Shown piece by piece: positions 63,821-64,000 of a DNA stretch of 64,000 bases. The stretch covers positions 124,001 to 188,000 of the forward strand of contig NIVC01001309.1 in assembly GCA_002269645.1 (NCBI GenBank). The letters are read 5' to 3'. Below the pieces are notes generated by a model that searched no databases, was not told where the DNA came from, and worked only from the letters and a program-made list of their open reading frames with translations. The DNA is from Macrostomum lignano (taxonomy: Eukaryota). Numbering within the stretch: the first letter of the stretch is position 1; every line of letters begins with the position of its first letter. Made by a program: the position numbers and the translations under genes.

Positions 63821-64000
63821 TAGCCGGCCTGATGCAGCTCGCGCTGAGGTCCCGAAGGAGGTCAAACCAACCGGCGACGCACAGATTGGCCCTCAGCGGT
63901 GTCGGAATTCATATTTCAAAGTGGGGAAGGGGCTATTGGTGGGAGGGCACATTGCACATGATATTTTTAATCTAAGGGCAACCAAACTCTTGCTGTTACA

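Noticed and set aside
1-64000. Prokaryotic operon or defence-system interpretation
   Set aside because: Spliceosomal GT-AG introns, SYF1/RPS19/TRAF and eukaryotic transposons show this is animal nuclear DNA.

Overview
Eukaryotic (animal) genomic DNA, not prokaryotic: it has spliceosomal introns, SYF1, RPS19, TRAF, a fibrinogen-domain gene and dense transposon and satellite content. GC-rich exons with satellite-filled introns would fit a free-living flatworm such as Macrostomum, but that is unverified inference. Host genes: a 7+-exon SYF1/XAB2 (minus), a divergent 2-exon RPS19 (minus), an intronless TRAF with an internal zinc-finger duplication (plus), an ankyrin-repeat ORF with an inverted partial copy, and a broken fibrinogen-domain gene. 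Mobile elements: an intron-split KDZ transposase, Tc1 and mariner remnants, RNase H-bearing and RTE-like LINE fragments, tRNA-derived SINEs, a full-length 6-kb hAT-like element (21-bp TIRs, 8-bp TSD, 9-exon ~1200-codon transposase with one stop), a nest of four 8-bp-TSD elements, and a Gypsy pol joined in frame to a tyrosine-recombinase fragment. Most intriguing signals: (i) RIP-like C>T/G>A, TpA-generating hypermutation of some repeat copies plus a 2.7-kb CpG-free block; (ii) the near-intact atypical hAT; (iii) RFX X-box arrays embedded in an ankyrin ORF; (iv) a different satellite in every SYF1 intron. All alignments and splice models were made by eye.
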